In this document: positions 47,822 to 58,042 of the stretch, piece by piece
Layout: each line of letters opens with the position of its first letter
Numbering within the stretch: the stretch's first letter is position 1
NCBI GenBank assembly: GCA_965200315.1
Contig: OZ241362.1
Span: 3,488,001 to 3,552,000 of the forward strand
Length of the DNA: 64,000 nt
Direction of reading: 5' to 3'
DNA from: Candidatus Latescibacterota bacterium
GTDB taxonomy: Bacteria; Latescibacterota; UBA2968; UBA8231
Position numbers and translations under genes: made by a program
Notes under the pieces: model-generated
Databases searched by the model: none
Seen by the model: the letters and a program-made list of their open reading frames with translations, nothing else
What the model was told of the DNA's origin: nothing

Positions 47822-48733
47822 TCAGCGGTTCCCTCCGTTCGCTGGAAAGCGGTCGGCCAATGCGGCGTCGAGCCGGGTGTACTCGTCGTAGCCGAGTAGT
47901 TCGTAAAGTTCCGCTCGCGTCTGCATCTGCCCGAGGGATCCTTCTAAAGTGCCCTTTTCCTTCAGTTCGCGGAACAGCCCTTCGACGGCCTTCATCATGG
48001 TGCGGAACGCGCTCATAGGGAAAATCACGAGACGGTATCCCATGGCGGCGAACTCCGCGACCGATAGGTACGGCGATTTGCCGAATTCGGTCATGTTGGC
48101 CAGCAGCGGGCCTTTGACCTGCTCGGCGTAGCGGGCGAATTCCTCGGTGCTCTGCATGGCCTCGGGAAAGACGGCGTCCGCACCGGCTGCCAAGTAGCGC
48201 AGGCCGCGCTCGACGCTCTGCTCAAAGCCCTCGATGGCGCGGGCGTCGCAGCGGGCGATGATCACAAAGTCTGGGTCTTGCCGCGCCGCGCAGGCCGCTG
48301 CGATCTTGCGCTCCATTTCTTCGACCCCGATCAGGGCCTTACCGTCGAGGTGGCCGCAGCGCTTGGGCATGACTTGGTCTTCTAAGTGCAACCCGGCCAA
48401 GCCCTCGCGCTCGTAAGCACGCACCGTGCGCATCACCTGCCAGACCTCACCAAACCCGGTGTCTGCATCGCAAATGCAGGGCACTTGCACCGCGTTGGCA
48501 ATGTAGCCGGCTTGGCGCGCCATTTCGTCCATGCCCAACAAGCCGACATCTGGATAGCCGGCCGTGCCGTTGGCCAGCCCAGCCCCAGAAATGTACACGG
48601 CCTCAAACCCGGTGCGCTCGGCCAGCATGGCCACGGGCGCGTTAAAGGCCCCGGGCAAGGTCAGGGGCTTCTCGGCCATCAGGCGGCGCAAGGCGTGCGG
48701 CTTGGACTCGGCGGGTGCGGGGTTGAGTAGCAT
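47822..48733 (-). CDS. prpB: Methylisocitrate lyase
   Basis: DADTGFG, LEDQVMPKRCGHLDGK, LANMTEFGKSP. Confidence 0.95.
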   Translation of the reverse strand: MLLNPAPAESKPHALRRLMAEKPLTLPGAFNAPVAMLAERTGFEAVYISGAGLANGTAGYPDVGLLGMDEMARQAGYIANAVQVPCICDADTGFGEVWQVMRTVRAYEREGLAGLHLEDQVMPKRCGHLDGKALIGVEEMERKIAAACAARQDPDFVIIARCDARAIEGFEQSVERGLRYLAAGADAVFPEAMQSTEEFARYAEQVKGPLLANMTEFGKSPYLSVAEFAAMGYRLVIFPMSAFRTMMKAVEGLFRELKEKGTLEGSLGQMQTRAELYELLGYDEYTRLDAALADRFPANGGNR

Positions 48734-48736
48734 GGC

Positions 48737-50017
48737 TCAGGCGAGAGGGATGGTGGCTTCGCGCTCCGGCCCTACGGAAATCAGGGAGACCGGCGCACGG
48801 CTCAGTTCGGCGACCCGCTTCACGTAAGCCTGCGCTCGCGGCGGCAGATCGTCGAAACAGCGGGCGGCGGTAGTCGGAGCGCACCAACCGGCCATTTCTT
48901 CATAGATCGGCTCGCATTGGTCGAGAACCTGCGGGTCGGCGGGGAATTCATCCAGCACTTGGTCGCCGCAGCGGTAGCCAATGCCCAGCTTGAGGTGCTC
49001 GCATTGGTCGAGTACGTCGAGTCGGGTCAGGGCGATGCTGGTCAGGCCGTTGATGCGGGCCGCAACCCGCAAAATGGCGGCGTCGAACCAGCCACAGCGC
49101 CGCGGCCGGCCCGTGGTGGCTCCGTACTCGCGGCCCAAGGCGCGCAAACGCTCGCCTTCTTCTCCCAGCAATTCGGTGGGAAAAGGCCCGTTGCCCACCC
49201 GCGTGGTGTACGCTTTGGCCACGCCGATGACCCCGGTGATCCGCGTGGGACCGATGCCCGCGCCGGTGCAGGCTCCACCCGCCGTGGTGTTCGAGGAGGT
49301 GACGTAGGGATAGGTCCCGTGGTCGATGTCGAGCAAGGTCCCTTGTGCCCCTTCGCAGAGGACCGTTTTGCCTTGGTCGAGGGCTTGGTTGAGCAAGACC
49401 GAGGTGTCGGCGACATAAGGGGCGAGCCGCTCGCCGTAGCTGATGTACGCGTCGATGATGGGGCTGGCCTCTAGCGGCTCTTGGCCGAATACCTTGGTCA
49501 GGATTTCGTTTTTGGCGCGGATGCTGGCCCGCAGCTTGTCGCGCAACCGCGCCGGGTCGCACAAATCCATGACGCGCACCCCGTGGCTGCGCTCGACTTT
49601 GTCGCGGTACGCCGGACCGATGCCGCGGCCGGTCGTGCCGATGGCGACGCTGTTTTCGCTCTCTTCTGCGGCCTTTTCCAAGACCTTGTGATAGGGCATG
49701 ACGACGTGGGCGACTTGGCTGAGAAAGAAGCGGCCGGCCACTGAAAAGCCCTTGGCCTCCAGCTCGGCGATCTCATTGAGCATGGTGGCTGGATCGACGA
49801 CTACCCCGTTGCCCACCACGCAGGTTTTACCCTCGTGCATGATGCCCGAGGGAATGGCGTGGAAGATGAACTTCGTGTCGCCAGTGACAACCGTGTGTCC
49901 GGCGTTGGCCCCTCCTTGATAGCGCACCACCAAGTCGGCTGCGGACGTGAGGTAATCGACGACTTTGGCCTTGCCCTCGTCGCCCCACTGCGCTCCTAGT
50001 ACTATGTTTGCGGGCAT
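48737..50017 (-). CDS. purA: Adenylosuccinate synthetase
   Basis: GAQWGDEGK, GGANAGHT, GATTGRPRRCGWFD. Confidence 0.98.
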   Translation of the reverse strand: MPANIVLGAQWGDEGKAKVVDYLTSAADLVVRYQGGANAGHTVVTGDTKFIFHAIPSGIMHEGKTCVVGNGVVVDPATMLNEIAELEAKGFSVAGRFFLSQVAHVVMPYHKVLEKAAEESENSVAIGTTGRGIGPAYRDKVERSHGVRVMDLCDPARLRDKLRASIRAKNEILTKVFGQEPLEASPIIDAYISYGERLAPYVADTSVLLNQALDQGKTVLCEGAQGTLLDIDHGTYPYVTSSNTTAGGACTGAGIGPTRITGVIGVAKAYTTRVGNGPFPTELLGEEGERLRALGREYGATTGRPRRCGWFDAAILRVAARINGLTSIALTRLDVLDQCEHLKLGIGYRCGDQVLDEFPADPQVLDQCEPIYEEMAGWCAPTTAARCFDDLPPRAQAYVKRVAELSRAPVSLISVGPEREATIPLA

Positions 50018-50032
50018 TGTGTACTCCCGTGC

Positions 50033-51613
50033 TTAAAGACTGACTTGTTTGGCCCAGGAGATGTACTCCCTGGAGAGAATATCGTCAACTACGTCGGGGG
50101 TAATCGGCTCATCGACGTTGAGGATGGTCAAGGCTTGGCCACCCATTTGGCGGCGTCCGCACGACATTTGGGCGATGTTGACGTTGTGGCTGCCCATGAC
50201 CGTGCCGATTTGGCCGATGATGCCCGGGACATCGTCGTTGATGTAAAAGAGCATGTGCCCCTCTGGAACGGCGTCGAAAATGTACTCGTCGAGATGCACG
50301 AGACGCGGGTCGCTCTTGCCGAAGATCGTGCCCGCGAGCAGGCGCTGTCCCTTGTTGGTGTGATAGACCACGGTGATAAGGCTGGCGTAGTCCTCGTGCT
50401 CGCTGCTGATCCGCTCATCGACTTGCACGCCGCGCTCTTGCGCGAAAAGAAGCGCATTAACCACGTTGACTGCCGCATCCGAGATGGTCTCCATAATGCC
50501 CTTGAGTACGGCCGAGGTCAGCGGCGAGGTCGGGTAGGCGGTGATGTCGCCTTGGTATTCGATGGTGATGCGCTCTAGCTGTCCCGCGCCGAGCTGGGCT
50601 TGTAGGCGACCTAGCCGCTCGGCCAGCACGAGGTAGGGCTGTAGTTTGCCGTGGATTTCGGGATCGACCGAGGGCGCGTTGACCGCGTTGCGAACGACGC
50701 GCCCCATCAGCACGTCGCCGACCTGCTCGGCCACCTGCAAGGCGACGTTGGCTTGGGCTTCCTTGGTGGAGGCCGCCAAGTGCGGTGTGCAGATTACGCG
50801 GTCGTCAACCAAAAGGTCCACGAGGGCCGGCGGCTCCTCCTCGAAGACGTCTAGGGCGGCACCAGCGACCTTGCCCGAGTTCAAGCCGCGCAGGAGGGCG
50901 GCTTCGTCAATGATGCCGCCGCGGGCGCAGTTGATTAGATAAACCCCGTCTTTGCACTGCGCGATCTGGTCGTCGGAAATCAGGTGCCGGGTCTGGTCGC
51001 TAAGATGGGTGTGGACCGTGATGAAATGTGCGGCAGCGTAGATTTCGTCGAGGGACGCCAGATGTGCGCCGTAGGAAAGGGCCATCTCTTGACCGATGTA
51101 GGGATCGTAGCCGAGGACCTTCATGCGAAAGGCCGCGGCGCGCGCGGCCACCTCCCTCCCCACTCGGCCCAAGCCGATTACGGCGAGGGTCTTGCCGGCT
51201 AGCTCGACGCCGACGAATTGGCCTCGCTCCCACAGCCCCTTTTTAAGCGAGGACGTGGCCTGCGGGACGTGCCGCGCAAGGGAGGCTATGAGCGCGAAGG
51301 TGTGCTCGGCGGTCGAGAGGGAATTGCCGCCCGGAGTGTTCATGACGATGACGCCGTGGCGCGTTGCTGCCTCTACGTCGATGTTGTCGAAGCCCGTGCC
51401 AGCGCGGCCAATGACCCGGAGGCGTGTCGCAGCGGCGAGGACTTCGGTCGTCACCTTGGTTGCGCTGCGCACGACGAGTCCTTCGTAGTCGCCGATGCAG
51501 TCTAGGAGTGTGCGCGGCGACAATCCACTGCACACATCTACTGAGATCCCGTCGTTGGCTTCGAGAATCTCGACGCAGCGGGGGTCCATCTTGTCGCTGA
51601 TCAGTACTTTCAT
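50033..51613 (-). CDS. serA: D-3-phosphoglycerate dehydrogenase (long form)
   Basis: VRSATKV, GRAGTGFDNID, NCARGG, TPHLAAST, ASB and ACT domains. Confidence 0.96.
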   Translation of the reverse strand: MKVLISDKMDPRCVEILEANDGISVDVCSGLSPRTLLDCIGDYEGLVVRSATKVTTEVLAAATRLRVIGRAGTGFDNIDVEAATRHGVIVMNTPGGNSLSTAEHTFALIASLARHVPQATSSLKKGLWERGQFVGVELAGKTLAVIGLGRVGREVAARAAAFRMKVLGYDPYIGQEMALSYGAHLASLDEIYAAAHFITVHTHLSDQTRHLISDDQIAQCKDGVYLINCARGGIIDEAALLRGLNSGKVAGAALDVFEEEPPALVDLLVDDRVICTPHLAASTKEAQANVALQVAEQVGDVLMGRVVRNAVNAPSVDPEIHGKLQPYLVLAERLGRLQAQLGAGQLERITIEYQGDITAYPTSPLTSAVLKGIMETISDAAVNVVNALLFAQERGVQVDERISSEHEDYASLITVVYHTNKGQRLLAGTIFGKSDPRLVHLDEYIFDAVPEGHMLFYINDDVPGIIGQIGTVMGSHNVNIAQMSCGRRQMGGQALTILNVDEPITPDVVDDILSREYISWAKQVSL

Positions 51614-51621
51614 AGCCCTCT

Positions 51622-52215
51622 TTAGGTTGCGTTGCCAGCGAGTGCCTCGGCGATCCACCCTGTAATGTCGTCCTGCCCGCGGCCATTGACTGCCGAGAAC
51701 GGCGCGAAGGAAAGGCCAGCGAGCGATCCTTGGTCATCGAGCTGGTTGAATAGGTGTTGCAGCTTGTTGCGCGACAGTTTATCCGCTTTGGTAAAGACCA
51801 GCAGAAAAGGCTTATCAAGGGTGCACAAATGGTCAATCATCTGCCGGTCCAAATCGGTGGGGCCGTGCCGGGCATCGATGAGCTGCAACACCGCGCATAA
51901 TGCTGCGCGATTGGCCATGTAGCTACGGATGAGCTGGCCGAGCTGCAAGCGCAAGCCCACGCCGCCGCGCACGTACCCGTAGCCAGGCAGATCGACCAAG
52001 TAGAACTGCTCGTTGGCTAGGTAGTAGTTCAACTGTTGGGTCTTACCGGGTGTAGTGCTGGTGCGCGCCAGCTTCTTGCGCTGCACCAACCTGTTGATCA
52101 GGGAGGACTTGCCGACGTTGGAGCGACCCACTAAGGCGATTTCAGGCAAGCCATCCTTGGGCAGATCGGCCGTGCGGACAGCGCCAATTTTGAATTCGAC
52201 CGAGGAAAAGCGCAT
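51622..52215 (-). CDS. engB: Ribosome biogenesis GTPase YihA/EngB
   Basis: GRSNVGKSS, PGKT, DLPGYG, TKADK. Confidence 0.96.
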   Translation of the reverse strand: MRFSSVEFKIGAVRTADLPKDGLPEIALVGRSNVGKSSLINRLVQRKKLARTSTTPGKTQQLNYYLANEQFYLVDLPGYGYVRGGVGLRLQLGQLIRSYMANRAALCAVLQLIDARHGPTDLDRQMIDHLCTLDKPFLLVFTKADKLSRNKLQHLFNQLDDQGSLAGLSFAPFSAVNGRGQDDITGWIAEALAGNAT

Positions 52216-52231
52216 CGCCGGGGCTTGAGAA

Positions 52232-53482
52232 TTAGGCGCGTTTGCGCCGCATCTCTTCGTCTTCGCTGCTGTACTGCTCGATCCCTCTATCGATCATCTC
52301 GCCCGTAACTTGCAGGCGCGTCACGCCCTCCTGAGAGGGAATGTCGAACATGATGTCCATCATGGCCTGCTCCAAGACGGAGCGCAGGCCGCGGGCCCCA
52401 GTGCCCTTGTGAACGGTCAAGGCCACTATTTTGCGCAGGGCGTCCTCGGTGAACTTGACCTCGACCCCGTCCATGGCGAAGAGCCGCTGCGACTGCTTGA
52501 TGATGGCGTCGTGCGGCTCGGTGAGGATGCGAAACAAGTCGTCCTCGGCGAGCTCGTCCATGGTGGTGATTACTGGTATGCGGCCGACAAATTCGGGGAT
52601 CATGCCGTAGGCGAGCAGATCTTCGGGCTGTACCAGCGGCAATACGTCTGGGGTGTCAGAGTCGTGCTCGTCATCGCTGTCGGCTCCAAAGCCCATGGTG
52701 CGCTTGCCGACCCGTTGGCTGATGACCTTGTCCAGCCCCTCGAAGGCTCCGCCGCAGACGAAGAGGATGTTGCGGGTGTTCATCTGAATCATCGGCTGCT
52801 CAGGGTGCTTCCGGCCTCCCTTGGGCGGGATGTTGGCAGTGGTGCCCTCTAAAATTTTGAGCAGTGCTTGCTGCACACCCTCGCCTGACACGTCGCGGCC
52901 GACCGAAGGCGTGGCACTCTTGCGGGCAATTTTGTCAACCTCGTCGAGATAGAGGATGCCCTTTTCAGCGCGGGGCACGTCGTAATCGGCCGCTTGCAAA
53001 AGGCTCACGAGGATATTTTCCACGTCCTCGCCCACGTAGCCAGCTTCGGTGAGAATGGTCGCGTCGGCAATGGAGAAGGGGACTTGCAGAAACTTTGCCA
53101 GCGTTTTGGCCAGCTCGGTCTTGCCAGTGCCGGTGGGGCCGATGAGCATTACGTTGCTTTTTTCGAGCTCCACCTCGTCTAAGTCAACTTTGGTGCGAAT
53201 GCGCTTGTAGTGGTTGTACACGGCGACCGCGAGGATTTTCTTGGCCCGCTCTTGGGCGATCACGTATTCGTCGAGAAAATCCTTGATTTGGCCCGGCTTG
53301 GGCATCTCTGCGGTCTCCCAGGGGAGGGTCTTTTGCCGCTCCTCGGCGAGGACGTCGTTGCACAGCTTGACGCACTCGTTGCAGATGTGGACCTGGGGGC
53401 CGGTTATGATCTTGTCAACTTGGTTGTGGCTGCGCCCGCAGAACGAGCAGCGCGGATCGCTTTGGGGGGGCCGACGGCGCAA
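52232..53482 (-). CDS. clpX: ATP-dependent Clp protease ATP-binding subunit
   Basis: CSFC..CNEC zinc finger, [30 protein letters not shown]. Confidence 0.98.
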   Translation of the reverse strand: MRRRPPQSDPRCSFCGRSHNQVDKIITGPQVHICNECVKLCNDVLAEERQKTLPWETAEMPKPGQIKDFLDEYVIAQERAKKILAVAVYNHYKRIRTKVDLDEVELEKSNVMLIGPTGTGKTELAKTLAKFLQVPFSIADATILTEAGYVGEDVENILVSLLQAADYDVPRAEKGILYLDEVDKIARKSATPSVGRDVSGEGVQQALLKILEGTTANIPPKGGRKHPEQPMIQMNTRNILFVCGGAFEGLDKVISQRVGKRTMGFGADSDDEHDSDTPDVLPLVQPEDLLAYGMIPEFVGRIPVITTMDELAEDDLFRILTEPHDAIIKQSQRLFAMDGVEVKFTEDALRKIVALTVHKGTGARGLRSVLEQAMMDIMFDIPSQEGVTRLQVTGEMIDRGIEQYSSEDEEMRRKRA

Positions 53483-53491
53483 AACAAGCTC

Positions 53492-54100
53492 CTAGATTGG
53501 GGAAGGGGCTACCTCGACGCGCGATGGAGCGATGATCTCGTCGATGATGCCGTATTCGACGGCTTCTGCTGCCGACATGAAAAAATCGCGCTCGGTGTCG
53601 CGCTCAATGCGCTCCAGCGGCTGCCCAGTACACTCGACTAATACCTCGTTGATCTGCTGGCGCATGGCAATGATCTCGCGGGCATGGATTTCCATGTCGG
53701 CCGCTTGGCCGCCAATTCCGCCCATGGGCTGGTGCAGCAAGACGCGGGCGTTGGGCAGGGCTTGGCGCTTGCCTTTGGTGCCGCCGGCCAACAGTATAGC
53801 CCCCATGCTGGATGCTTGGCCGATACAGATCGTGGATATGTCGGCGGCCACGTACTGCATGGTGTCGTAGATGGCCATGCCTGCCGAAATCAGCCCGCCA
53901 GGGGTATTGAGATAGAGCGCGATGTCCTTTTTGGGATCTTCAGAAGCAAGAAAAAGTATCTGGGCGATGATGAGATTGGCGATCGCATCGTTGATCGGAG
54001 TGCCGGCGAAGATGATGCGGTCCTTGAGCAGTCGCGAGTAGATGTCGTATGAGCGCTCGCCTCGGCCGGTCTGTTCGATGACCATTGGAATCAGCGACAT
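53492..54100 (-). CDS. clpP: ATP-dependent Clp protease proteolytic subunit
   Basis: [28 protein letters not shown]. Confidence 0.98.
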   Translation of the reverse strand: MSLIPMVIEQTGRGERSYDIYSRLLKDRIIFAGTPINDAIANLIIAQILFLASEDPKKDIALYLNTPGGLISAGMAIYDTMQYVAADISTICIGQASSMGAILLAGGTKGKRQALPNARVLLHQPMGGIGGQAADMEIHAREIIAMRQQINEVLVECTGQPLERIERDTERDFFMSAAEAVEYGIIDEIIAPSRVEVAPSPI

Positions 54101-54103
54101 GAT

Positions 54104-55345
54104 TTATACCTTTTCCTCTTGGATTTCGGCTTTGGCAATGAGCAAGTCAAAGACCTTTTGGTCTTCCAACTCTCGCCGCAATTCTTCCGAGTCTTGCGAG
54201 TTGGCAGGTTGGACGCTAGCGCGAGCGGCGGCGAATTGGGCAAGTTCTTCGTCGGTTACTTCGACCCCGGCTTGTTGGCGTACGCTTTCGAGCAGCAGAT
54301 AGCTCTTGAGCTGGCGCGTGGCTTGGGTGCGCTCTTCGTCGCTGTGGCTGTGGTCGTGGTCGTGATCGTGATCAGCGTGCTCTCGTTCGAGCGAGTCGAG
54401 GTAGTTATCGACCATGCTGTCGGGCAGTTCAAAGTCGTTTTTTAGGATGAGCTGGCTGATCAACTCGCTGCGCAGGCGCTGCTGGGCCATGTATTCCCAG
54501 CGCTGTTGGATCTGCCCGCTGAGGTGCTCCTGCAAGTCGTCGAGGGTCTGGAACTGTTCGCCGAGGTCCTTGGCGAACTCGTCGTCGAGCTCAGGCAGGG
54601 TGCGCTCGCGCACCTCGTGGGCTGCTACTGAGAAATGCGTGGTCTGGCCGGCGAGCTGTTCGTTGGGTAGATCTTCTCGGTAGGCGAAGCGGACCTTGCG
54701 CTCTTCGCCAGCGCTCATGCCAACGAGGGCCTCTTCAAACTCGGGGCTGAGGGCGTTTTCGTCGCCGATGAGGATATGGCGCTTCTCGTACTTGTCGCCA
54801 ATGAAGGGCAAGCCGCTGTCGTCGAGGCGCTGCAAATCCGCGACGAGCACGTCGCCCTTGGCCAACGGCCGCTCGACGACGCGCTCAGTGGCGTGGCGGC
54901 GGCGCAACTCTTCTAGATGCTCGCCGATTTCCTCGTCCGCCACCTCGTGTACCATGCGGGTGGCGGCGAGCTTTTCGTAGTGCTCGGCTTCGATCTCGGG
55001 CCAGATGTCGAAAGCCGCGGTGAACGTTAGGCTGCCTCCCGGCTCGTGGTCGAGTTGGGAGATTTTGGGTGGTGCGGCCGGTCGCAGGCCGGCCTCGCGC
55101 GTGGCTTCTTCTAGTAGCGAGGGGAGGAGATCGCCGAGGACTTCGCCGCGGATGGAACTGCCCAAGCGCGCCGCGACGATTCTGAGCGGCACTTTGCCCT
55201 TGCGGAAGCCTGGGAGCTCCAGCCGCTTTTGGTAGCGTCGCAGGGCCTTATTGACGGCGTCGTCGATGCGCACGGCCTCGACTTCAACGGCTAGCTCGCG
55301 TGCCCACTGGCCCTTTTCTGTGACTTGAGTCTTCACGAAACGCAA
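54104..55345 (-). CDS. tig: Trigger factor
   Basis: PGFRKGKVP ribosome-binding motif, ELDDEFAK; tig-clpP-clpX order. Confidence 0.96.
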   Translation of the reverse strand: MRFVKTQVTEKGQWARELAVEVEAVRIDDAVNKALRRYQKRLELPGFRKGKVPLRIVAARLGSSIRGEVLGDLLPSLLEEATREAGLRPAAPPKISQLDHEPGGSLTFTAAFDIWPEIEAEHYEKLAATRMVHEVADEEIGEHLEELRRRHATERVVERPLAKGDVLVADLQRLDDSGLPFIGDKYEKRHILIGDENALSPEFEEALVGMSAGEERKVRFAYREDLPNEQLAGQTTHFSVAAHEVRERTLPELDDEFAKDLGEQFQTLDDLQEHLSGQIQQRWEYMAQQRLRSELISQLILKNDFELPDSMVDNYLDSLEREHADHDHDHDHSHSDEERTQATRQLKSYLLLESVRQQAGVEVTDEELAQFAAARASVQPANSQDSEELRRELEDQKVFDLLIAKAEIQEEKV

Positions 55346-55400
55346 CCTTTACAAGGCTAGGGCGCACCGCCAAATCGCAGGCAGTGCGCTCGTTTATTCA

Positions 55401-55487
55401 TGGTGCGAAAGGGGGGACTCGAACCCCCAAGCCCTTGCGGGCACTAGATCCTAAATCTAGCGCGTCTGCCAGTTCCGCCACTTTCGC
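55401..55487 (-). tRNA. tRNA-Leu (anticodon TAG)
   Basis: GCGAAAG acceptor stem, CTAGA-TTTAGGA-TCTAG anticodon arm, long variable arm, GTTCGAG T-loop, encoded CCA. Confidence 0.97.
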
Positions 55488-55579
55488 TATACCGGATACA
55501 GCATCGCAATGCGAAAATTTGCGCCAAGGAGGGTTATAGCCCAAGCGCGAAGGATAATATCAGGATTTATACTACCGGG

Positions 55580-56953
55580 TCAAGGGATTTGCCAAGCGTC
55601 CATGCGGCTCTCAAGGTGGGCGCGCAGCTCGGCTGTGGGCACCCGCTCTTGGGCCATGGTGTCGCGAGCGCGCACGGTGACGGTCTGGTCCGCTAGGGTA
55701 TCCGAATCGACCGTTAGGCAGAACGGCGTTCCCACCTCGTCCATGCGCCGGTAGCGGCGGCCGATCGCGCCGCCTTCGTCGTAAAAAACCCGCATGTAAG
55801 GCCGGAGGTCCTCGGCGATTTGCCGGGCGACAGCGGGCATGCCATCGCGTTTGACGAGGGGCAATACCGCCGCTTTGAGCGGCGCAATGCGCGGGTGAAA
55901 GCGCATTACCACCCGGGTCTCGCCCCGGACCTCTTCCTCGTGGTATGCCTCGACTAAGCAAGCCATTAGTGTGCGGCTGGCCCCTATTGAGGTTTCTACT
56001 ACGTAGGGCACGAACTTGGTGCGTTGTTCCTCATCGAAGTACTTGAGCTGTTTGCCCGAGAATTTTTCGTGCTGCGACAGGTCGTAGTCGCCGCGATTGT
56101 GGATGCCCTCGATCTCACCCGGGCCAAAGGGAAACTCGTACTGGATGTCGAAGGCGGCGCGGGCATAGTGGGCTAGTTCGTCGCCTTGGTGTTCGTGCCA
56201 GCTCAGCTTGCGTTCGGGCAGGCCGATGTGCGCGAACCACTTCCAGCGCTCCTCGCGCCAATAGTCAAACCACTCGTCTTGGGTGCCCGGCGCGACGAAG
56301 TACTGCATCTCCATCTGCTCGAACTCCCGAGTGCGGAAGAGGAAGTTCTTGGTGTTGATCTCGTTGCGGAATGCCTTGCCAATCTGGGCGATCCCAAAGG
56401 GCAGCTTCTGGCGAGTCGCCGCCTGCACGTTGAGGTAGTTGACGAAGATGCCCTGCGCCGTCTCCGGGCGGAGAAAGACCCGCGCACTGTCGTCTTCAAG
56501 CGGGCCAACGAAGGTCTTGAACATCAAGTTGAATTGCCGCGGGTCGCTCAGCTCGTTGCCCTTGGGGCTTTTGATGTTGCGCTCGCGGAGTAGCGCACCC
56601 ATCTCCTCGGCGCTCAGCCCCGCTACGTCTATGCCGTTTTCTTCGAGGAGCTGGTCGAGCCGAAAGCGCTCGTTGGTCTTGCGATCTTCGACCATGGGGT
56701 CGGTAAAGCTCTCGACGTGGCCCGATGCCTCCCACACCCGCTGATTCATGAGGATGCTGGCGTCGATGCCCTCCACATCCTCTCGGTAGGTCATGGCCTT
56801 CCACCAGACCTCTTTGATGTTGCGCAACAGCTCGACGCCCAAAGGACCGTAATCCCAGCAGCCGTTGAGGCCGCCGTAGATTTCCGAGCTTTGGTAGATG
56901 AAGCCTTTGCGCTTGCACAGGGATACTAGTTTTTCCATTGCGTCGTCGGACAT
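55580..56953 (-). CDS. glyQS: Glycine--tRNA ligase, homodimeric (eukaryote/archaea-type)
   Basis: SEIYGG, DYGPLG, LRPETAQG, FRTREFEQME, IGRRYRRMDEVGTP. Confidence 0.97.
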   Translation of the reverse strand: MSDDAMEKLVSLCKRKGFIYQSSEIYGGLNGCWDYGPLGVELLRNIKEVWWKAMTYREDVEGIDASILMNQRVWEASGHVESFTDPMVEDRKTNERFRLDQLLEENGIDVAGLSAEEMGALLRERNIKSPKGNELSDPRQFNLMFKTFVGPLEDDSARVFLRPETAQGIFVNYLNVQAATRQKLPFGIAQIGKAFRNEINTKNFLFRTREFEQMEMQYFVAPGTQDEWFDYWREERWKWFAHIGLPERKLSWHEHQGDELAHYARAAFDIQYEFPFGPGEIEGIHNRGDYDLSQHEKFSGKQLKYFDEEQRTKFVPYVVETSIGASRTLMACLVEAYHEEEVRGETRVVMRFHPRIAPLKAAVLPLVKRDGMPAVARQIAEDLRPYMRVFYDEGGAIGRRYRRMDEVGTPFCLTVDSDTLADQTVTVRARDTMAQERVPTAELRAHLESRMDAWQIP

Positions 56954-56969
56954 GAAAATCTCCAGTGAG

Positions 56970-57749
56970 TTAGACGGGTAAAGCGGCCTTGTTGAGGCCA
57001 TCGAGAAAGTCGAGCGATTTGAGTCGGCTGTGCTCGCCCCCGTGGTGTTCGAGAAAGCCGCGCAAAGCCATGCGGATCTCGCCGCGCTGGGAAGGGGCTT
57101 GGGGGAGAGCCGCCTTGCTGTAGGTTCTAAGCCCTTGGAGGACGGTGAGAAAGCGCAAGCTGCGCTGAGCTAAGCGCACTCCATTCCCGGGTCCGCAGGC
57201 CGTGCACAGGCCGCCGCCAAGGGCCGCGCTGAACCACGACGAGGGGCCGACTAGATTGCGTCGACAGGTAATGCACTGGCGCAGCTCTGGGCGGTAGCCG
57301 AGGGCTGCGGCCGCACGTAGCTGGAAGTACCAGAATAGCGATTCGACCTGCTCTGGCTCCACTTCGGCAAGCCCGTGCAACACCCCGGCTAGGCATTGAT
57401 AGAGCCGGGAGTTGCCCTCGCCTTCGATCGTCAGGCGATCCACTAGCTCGCAGGCGGCGCTGCCAAAGGAAAGTCGCTCTAGGCTTTGCGATAAGTCGGG
57501 CGCTGGTTTGAGCAGAGTGCATTCGCTCAGGGTTTGCAGGTCGCGGGTCTCTTTGACGTAGCAGACGGCTTGGACTTCACTCATCAAGCCGAGCGCGGCT
57601 CCGAAACGGCTCTTGGGCTTGCGAGCACCTCGGGCCATGGCCTTGAGCTTGCCATACTCCTGAGCATACAGCGTCACTAGGCTACTGGTCTCGCCCATGC
57701 GCATAGTGCGCAGTACGATGGCGCGCGTTTTGACGATAGTGCGCGGCAC
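56970..57749 (-). CDS. recO: DNA repair protein RecO
   Basis: AIVLRT..GETSSLV, ARGARKPKSRF, CITC..CTAC. Confidence 0.93.
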   Translation of the reverse strand: MPRTIVKTRAIVLRTMRMGETSSLVTLYAQEYGKLKAMARGARKPKSRFGAALGLMSEVQAVCYVKETRDLQTLSECTLLKPAPDLSQSLERLSFGSAACELVDRLTIEGEGNSRLYQCLAGVLHGLAEVEPEQVESLFWYFQLRAAAALGYRPELRQCITCRRNLVGPSSWFSAALGGGLCTACGPGNGVRLAQRSLRFLTVLQGLRTYSKAALPQAPSQRGEIRMALRGFLEHHGGEHSRLKSLDFLDGLNKAALPV

Positions 57750-57753
57750 AGCG

Positions 57754-58035
57754 TCACTCGCCTTCTTTTGTAGGCAGGGGGATGACCACCTCGCCCGGCT
57801 TGACCAAGCCGAGGTCTTCACGTGCGACTCTTTCGATGAAATCGATGTCGCTTTCGAGCAGTTTTAGCACTTGGCGCAAGCTGTCTGTTTCAGCTTCTAG
57901 TTGTTGCACCTGCGCTTCCAACTCCGTTAGGGTCTTCTCTTCCTGCCACACCTTGTAGAACAGCCCATTGCCAAAGGCCACGTAAGCCACCAGAGCGAAG
58001 AAGGCGATCAGCAAGAGCTTAGCTGTCTTAGTCAT
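57754..58035 (-). CDS. Septum formation initiator (FtsB/DivIC family)
   Basis: TM helix, FGNG, coiled coil, IERVAREDLGLVKPGE. Confidence 0.88.
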   Translation of the reverse strand: MTKTAKLLLIAFFALVAYVAFGNGLFYKVWQEEKTLTELEAQVQQLEAETDSLRQVLKLLESDIDFIERVAREDLGLVKPGEVVIPLPTKEGE

Positions 58036-58042
58036 GTCGATT

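Noticed and set aside
55340-55500. tRNA-Leu as an integration site
   Set aside because: No duplicate of its 3' end was seen, no integrase is nearby, and the tRNA-tig-clpP-clpX order is standard
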